Assembly (NCBI GenBank): GCA_964016885.1 | Contig: OZ024751.1 | Span: forward strand, 25,978,001 to 26,042,000 | Source: Eledone cirrhosa | Lineage: Eukaryota | Length of the DNA: 64,000 nucleotides | Direction: 5' to 3' | Shown here: piece after piece, positions 56,573-64,000 of the stretch | Position numbering within the stretch: position 1 is the first letter of the stretch | Layout: every line of letters starts with the position of its first letter | Position numbers and translations under genes: made by a program | Notes under the pieces: model-generated | What the model was told of the DNA's origin: nothing | What the model saw: the letters and a program-made list of their open reading frames with translations, nothing else | Database searches by the model: none

Positions 56573-57137
56573 ACATAGAGACAAAAATTATATTCACACA
56601 CAAAAAAGATGCAAAGCTCAGACAAATCACAGAGGCAACAAATATAAACGAACTCCAACGATTCAAATTCGTTTTTGCGATAAAAAAATATATTTTTGTA
56701 ATAGTATTTTCGTGTTATTTAAGTTTCCGTTTTTGTGTAAAAGAACTTGATTGAATGCATGATAATATTGACTTTGGAATAAATACGCACTCAGGTATTT
56801 TTAGAATAAAATACAATCCGTCACATGTCACTCACTTGAGTGTATGTTAAATACAAGATATCTTACTGTATGCCCTTTAAACAAGATATCAACAACTACA
56901 TAAATTTAGCTAAAATATTATTTAATGACAAACTATTTTTTTTTAAGAAAGATATGTTCATGTTATTTTAGTTTCCACCTAAATTTCATACAAATGCATA
57001 CAACTAGGGTGTTTAGAGAAATAAAAATAATAAGAAGAATATAAAGGAGGTTTTTTTATGTTTACAATAAAATAAAGTCCATTATTAAACAAAATATTTT
57101 ACTGTATTTCCATTAAATCGGACCTTAAAAAGATCGA

Positions 57138-57720
57138 GAGTAGTGCAGTGTCGAGTGTACACATGTGTACTAAGTCTAAATAGTACTGCAGTGTCGAATG
57201 TACACATATGTACTAAGTTTAAATAGTACTGCGGTTTCGAGTGTACACATATGAACTAAATCTAAATAGTACTGCAGTGTCGAGTGTACACATATGTACT
57301 ATATTTAAATAGTACTGCAGTGTCGAGTGTACACATATGTACTATATTTAAATCAGAGGTTCTCAAACTTGTTGTCCCTACCCCCACGGCCATGTAATAC
57401 CTTCAACACCCACCAAAACTATTTCCAGAGAAATTGTAAATAATATATTATAAATAAAATCGTTAATTTATATATAATAAATAATATAATATATACTATA
57501 TGTAAATAAATATTATTTATTTTTTTATTTTACTATATTTATAATATATATCATTTGATATTTAATATACTATTATATCATCTCTACCGACCACCCAGTG
57601 GTCCCAGAATCTTCTCAATGCCCCCTAAGAGGCAGTAGCGCCGACTTTGAGAACCTCTGGTTTAAATAGTACTGCAGTGTCGAGTGTACTCATATGTACT
57701 AAGTTTAATTAGTGCTGCGA
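57138..57720. repeat. 43-bp minisatellite interrupted by a MITE
   Basis: aaatagtactgcagtgtcgagtgtacacatatgtactaagttt at 57178, 57221, 57264 and 57307, resuming at 57664. Confidence 0.92.
57354..57659. mobile_element. hAT (Charlie-type) MITE
   Basis: Perfect 14-bp TIR CAGAGGTTCTCAAA and an 8-bp TSD (a/g)tttaaat. Confidence 0.9.
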
Positions 57721-58490
57721 TGTTAATAAAAGTTAAGGAAGTACTATTATACCAATATTCTTCCAATAAAATATAAACTCTCTCGTGTAATGAGGCAGAA
57801 AAAAATTAATTAAATACAAAATGTTTGAATGTTTCCCGCAGACGAGACTTTAACAACATTGAAACAAAAATTACAAAGCCAAATTATTTTTTAACGATAA
57901 CGAATAGATTTTTTTAAGAATATTATTTTCATGTTATTTTAGTTATCGTTTGAATGTAAGAGAAGATAACTTAATTGAATGTATGACGACATTCCGATAT
58001 TTAGTTTCGAACAAATAAATTTTGAGTTCAAATAGAGTTGGGGTTTTTATAAAAAAAAAAACGAAGAAAAAAACAACATACTGACGACTTTTTCAATAGA
58101 ATATAATCCCTTACACGTAACACTCTTGGATGTAGCAAAGAAAAAATTGATTAAATAGAAAATATTTGACTGTATTTCTTTCATACCAGACCTTAATAAC
58201 ATCTAAACAAAAATCTGCTTTTTAATGGTGGAAAATTTCAAATATGTTTTAACAACAAAGAATACAATATTAAGAATGGTATTTTCGTGTTATTTAAGTT
58301 TTCATCTAAATGTAATATTTAAATCCATCACATATTTCTCTGTCTAATATTCTTGTATGCATTAACGATATTTCGTCGATAACATTTCCTTCCATCTCTT
58401 TTTACAAGAAAATCATTCTATTTACTCCATTTTCTTGCTCTGATTCTCTATATATTTATTTGTTTATTTGTATTCCATTTATATAAATAA

Positions 58491-58597
<107 letters not shown>

Positions 58598-58773
58598 TGT
58601 GTGTGTGTGTGTGTGCGCGTGTGCATCATATATATATGTATATACATTTATATGTACGTCCATACATACACATACATAGATATATGCACACACACTTACA
58701 CAAGTATATATATATATATATATACACATACACATACACACACACATACACACACAAACACAAACACCACCCT

Positions 58774-58810
<37 letters not shown>

Positions 58811-58941
58811 CGTAATATATAGAGAGAGACATTTTTTAAAGCAATACTTTTGGATAGAATTATTTTTTATTACCAAAAAAAATCACAAATGACAGAAAAA
58901 GTTGTATACATTATTAGATATTTCTATTTACTTCCTCTTAA

Positions 58942-59012
<71 letters not shown>

Positions 59013-59318
59013 TGTGTGTGTGTGTGTGCGTGTCTGTCTCTAAATATATATATACACTTACACACAGCCATACATATATATGTTTTATTATATATATTCT
59101 TCTTTCTACAATGTTTTCTAGAAGCATGTTTATTTTCTAAGATAGATTTGCCTCATTTTTTTCTACTTTCAAGGGAAATAACAATGTCCCTCATTATATG
59201 ACATACCACACGCAACACGGTAAAATAGGTTCGTTATTCTAAAGAGTAAAATTTATTTATTATTCAAACAAGTTTTTAAAATCTCTACGCGATATTTTGG
59301 TATCTAAAGCATATATAA

Positions 59319-59420
59319 TCTATATTATAATAGTTGTATCGGATTGTGTTGTCTGTCTGTCACAGCAACGCAAGAATCTCAGAAATTCGGTATATTCGGT
59401 ATATGAGGTCGTGTGTGAAG
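59319..59420 (+). mobile_element. Possible non-autonomous Helitron 5' end
   Basis: A|TCTATATTATAATAG..tgtctgtctgtcac resembles Helitron starts. I found no matching CTRR end. Confidence 0.35.
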
Positions 59421-59551
59421 TGTGTATATATATATGACTATATACAATAAATGTTATATATATATGTGAAGTGTCTATGTATATGACTATATTCAATAAA
59501 TATTATATTTATATTTATATATATATATATATATAAAAGGTGTGGTAAGAT

Positions 59552-61055
59552 ACACCCCTACCACTCTATCAGCTGTTACAGGACCATCACACCCCTACCA
59601 CTCTATCAGGTGTTACAGGACCATCACACCCCTATCACTCTATCAGCTGTTACAGGACCATCACACCCCTACCACTCTATCAGGTGTTACAGGACCATCA
59701 CACCCCTACCACTCTATCAGATGTTACAGGACCATCACACCCCTACCACTCTATCAGGTGTTACAGGACCATCACACCCCTATCACTCTATCAGGTGTTA
59801 CAGGACCATCACACCCCTACCACTCTATCAGCTGTTACAGGACCATCACACCCCTACCACTCTATCAGCTGTTACAGGACCATCACACCCCTACCACTCT
59901 ATCAGGTGTTACAGGACCATCACACCCCTACCACTCTATCAGGTGTTACAGGACCATCACACCCCTACCACTCTATCAGGTGTTACAGGACCATCACACC
60001 CCTACCACTCTATCAGGTGTTACAGGACCATCACACCCCTACCACTCTATCAGGTGTTACAGGACCATCACACCCCTACCACTCTATCAGGTGTTACAGG
60101 ACCATCACACCCCTACCACTCTATCAGGTGTTACAGGACCATCACACCCCTACCACTCTATCAGGTGTTACAGGACCATCACACCCCTACCACTCTATCA
60201 GGTGTTACAGGACCATCACACCCCTACCACTCTATCAGGTGTTACAGGACCATCACACCCCTACCACTCTATCAGGTGTTACAGGACCATCACACCCCTA
60301 CCACTCTATCAGGTGTTACAGGACCATCACACCCCTACCACTCTATCAGGTGTTATGGGACCATCACACCCCTACCACTCTATCAGGTGTTACAGGACCA
60401 TCACACCCCTACCACTCTATCAGGTGTTACAGGACCATCACACCCCTACCACTCTATCAGGTGTTACGGGACCATCACACCCCTACCACTCTATCAGGTG
60501 TTACAGGACCATCACACCCCTACCACTCTATCAGGTGTTACAGGACCATCACACCCCTACCACTCTATCAGGTGTTACAGGACCATCACACCCCTACCAC
60601 TCTATCAGGTGTTACAGGACCATCACACCCCTACCACTCTATCAGGTGTTACAGGACCATCACACCCCTACCACTCTATCAGGTGTTACGGGACCATCAC
60701 ACCCCTACCACTCTATCAGGTGTTACAGGACCATCACACCCCTACCACTCTATCAGGTGTTACAGGACCATCACACCCCTACCACTCTATCAGGTGTTAC
60801 AGGACCATCACACCCCTACCACTCTATCAGGTGTTACAGGACCATCACACCCCTACCACTCTATCAGGTGTTACGGGACCATCACACCCCTACCACTCTA
60901 TCAGGTGTTACAGGACCATCACACCCCTACCACTCTATCAGGTGTTACAGGACCATCACACCCCTACCACTCTATCAGGTGTTACAGGACCATCACACCC
61001 CTACCACTCTATCAGGTGTTACGGGACCATCACACCCCAACCACTCTATCAGGTG
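59552..61055. repeat. 37-bp minisatellite x ~40 (acacccctaccactctatcaggtgttacaggaccatc)
   Basis: Highly homogeneous head-to-tail units with no spacers. Confidence 0.97.
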
Positions 61056-61386
61056 CCATGGTAACATACCTATTCTAAATATGTAGTCATGACGACAATC
61101 AACGAGAATGACGAGACATGAGTTCGATATTTATCAGAAACTAAATTCAATTATTATAATTTCGTTGTTTTCCTGCCTTTTGGCTGATGAGGTCTTGTCT
61201 CATTATAAACTGTCATCTTTAATATATTTAAATATATTCCTTAATCAATTCTGTTTTAATTATCATATATTAATTAATTTGTCTTACTACACCTCAAGAT
61301 ATACTCAATCATGGTTAATTCAGCTTTCAAGATAATCTCTCCGTCTATCTTTCTCTCCCTTTCCCTCTCTCTCCCTCTCTCTTCCC

Positions 61387-61438
<52 letters not shown>

Positions 61439-61522
61439 CTTTCCTTCTCTCTCTCTCTCTCTCCCTGTCTCTTCCTTTCTCTCTCTCACACTCTATCTAT
61501 TTATCTATCTACCTATTTATCA

Positions 61523-62224
<702 letters not shown>

Positions 62225-62295
62225 GATATGTTATTGTATGTTGTGATAAAGATATTGTTGACAGACTGAAACACCAGAGGATATCAAACTGTGAT

Positions 62296-62993
62296 AACAC
62301 ACACAAATACATACACACATACATACATACATACATACATACATACATACATACATACATACATACATACATACATACATACATACACACATACATACAT
62401 ACATACATACATACATACACATACATACATACATACACATACATACATACATACACATACATACATACATACACATACATACACATACATACACATACAT
62501 ATATACATACACATACATACATACACATACATACATACACATACATACACATACACACACATACATACACATACATATATACATACACATACATACATAC
62601 ACACATGCACATACACACACAAACATATACATACACATACATACATACACATACATACATACACACACATACATACACATACATACACATACATACATAC
62701 ATACACATACACACATACACACACATACACACACATACATACACATACATACACATACATACACATACACACATACACACACATACATACACATACATAC
62801 ATACACATACATACACACACATACATACACACACATACATACACACACATACATACACATACATACACACATACATACATACATACATACATACATACAT
62901 ACATACATACATACATACATACATACATACATACATACATACATACATACACACACATACATACACACATACATACATACACATACATATACA
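62296..62993. repeat. (CATA)n/(CA)n array
   Basis: Read directly. Confidence 0.95.
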
Positions 62994-63059
62994 CTTTGAC
63001 TATATTCCATGATTGTTGTTTATGTTTGTTGTTACTGATATCGTTATTATTCATTCAAT

Positions 63060-63221
63060 ACGCCATACTTTGCATCATAGAGTTACGCCCCTTTACGGTC
63101 TGAGTTCAAATCCCGCCGAGATTAACTTTGCCTTCCATCCTTACGGGGTCGATAAAATAAAGTACCAGTAATGTACTGGGTAATTGCTGGCCTTGTTCCT
63201 AACGTAGAAACAATTATTATT
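63060..63221 (+). mobile_element. SINE A, 5'-truncated
   Basis: B box, core and (ATT)n tail. Confidence 0.88.
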
Positions 63222-63224
63222 CAT

Positions 63225-64000
63225 GAATAACAAAAGTAACAACAACAGTAACAACAGTAACAACAACAACAGTAACAACAGTAACAACAACAACAGTAAC
63301 AACAGTAACAACAACAGTAACAACAGTAACAACAACAACAGTAACAACAGTAACAACAACAACAGTAACAACAGTAACAACAACAACAGTAACAACAACA
63401 ACAGTAACAACAATAACAACAGCAACAACAATAACAACATCAACAACAATAACAGCATCAACAACAATAACAACAGCAACAACAGCAACAACAATAACAA
63501 CAGTAACAACAACAACAACATCAACAACAATAACAACATCAACAACAGTAACAACAACAACAACAACAGCAACAACAATAACAACAGTAACAACAACAAC
63601 AACAGCAACAACAGCAACAACAATAACAACAGCAACAACAGCAACAACAATAACAACAGCAACAACAATAACAACATCAACAACAACAACAGCAACAACA
63701 GTAACAACAGCAACAACAGCAACAACAGTAACAACAACAACAACAGCAACAACAGCAACAACAATAACATCATCAACAACAGTAACAACATCAACAACGA
63801 TAACAACATCAACAACAATAACAACATCAACAACAGCAACAACAATAACAACAGCAACAACAATAACAACATCAACAACAATAACAACATCAACAACAAT
63901 AACAACAGCAACAACAGCAACAACAATAACAACAGTAACAACAACAACAACATCAACAACAATAACAACATCAACAACAGTAACAACAACAACAACAGCA
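63225..64000. repeat. (AAC)n compound array running to the window end
   Basis: Read directly. Confidence 0.95.

Noticed and set aside
59542-61086. Three 460-510 aa ORFs or a CRISPR-like array
   Set aside because: It is a pure 37-bp tandem repeat with no spacers and no cas genes. The unit lacks plus-strand stops, so all frames stay open.

Overview
This is 64 kb of AT-rich, microsatellite-saturated animal DNA. The SINE/LINE repertoire and repeat density suggest a coleoid cephalopod such as Octopus (inference). I see no convincing complete host gene, and nearly all long ORFs in the track are simple-repeat artefacts. Recognisable content is mostly retroelement debris. (1) Five copies of a Tx1/L1-clade LINE all abut (TCTA)n/(GATA)n in the same orientation, and one keeps an open ~490-codon RT-to-zinc-knuckle ORF2 fragment. 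(2) There are two R4/Dong-like RLE LINE families, RTE 3' ends, and an RNase H-bearing Ingi/I-like LINE. (3) At least three SINE families are present. (4) Many short Penelope-like termini lie at (TA)n tracts; several are fold-back palindromes and several carry minimal hammerhead ribozyme motifs. (5) There is also a hAT MITE, a mariner MITE and many mini/microsatellites. The most notable signals are the GATA-associated Tx1 family, hammerhead-bearing fold-back mini-elements whose inversion axis falls at or near the ribozyme, and an apparent partitioning of microsatellite types among retroelement families. A few small candidate exons and a triplicated E2F+E-box module are reported at low confidence. 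All calls were made by eye, without database searches.
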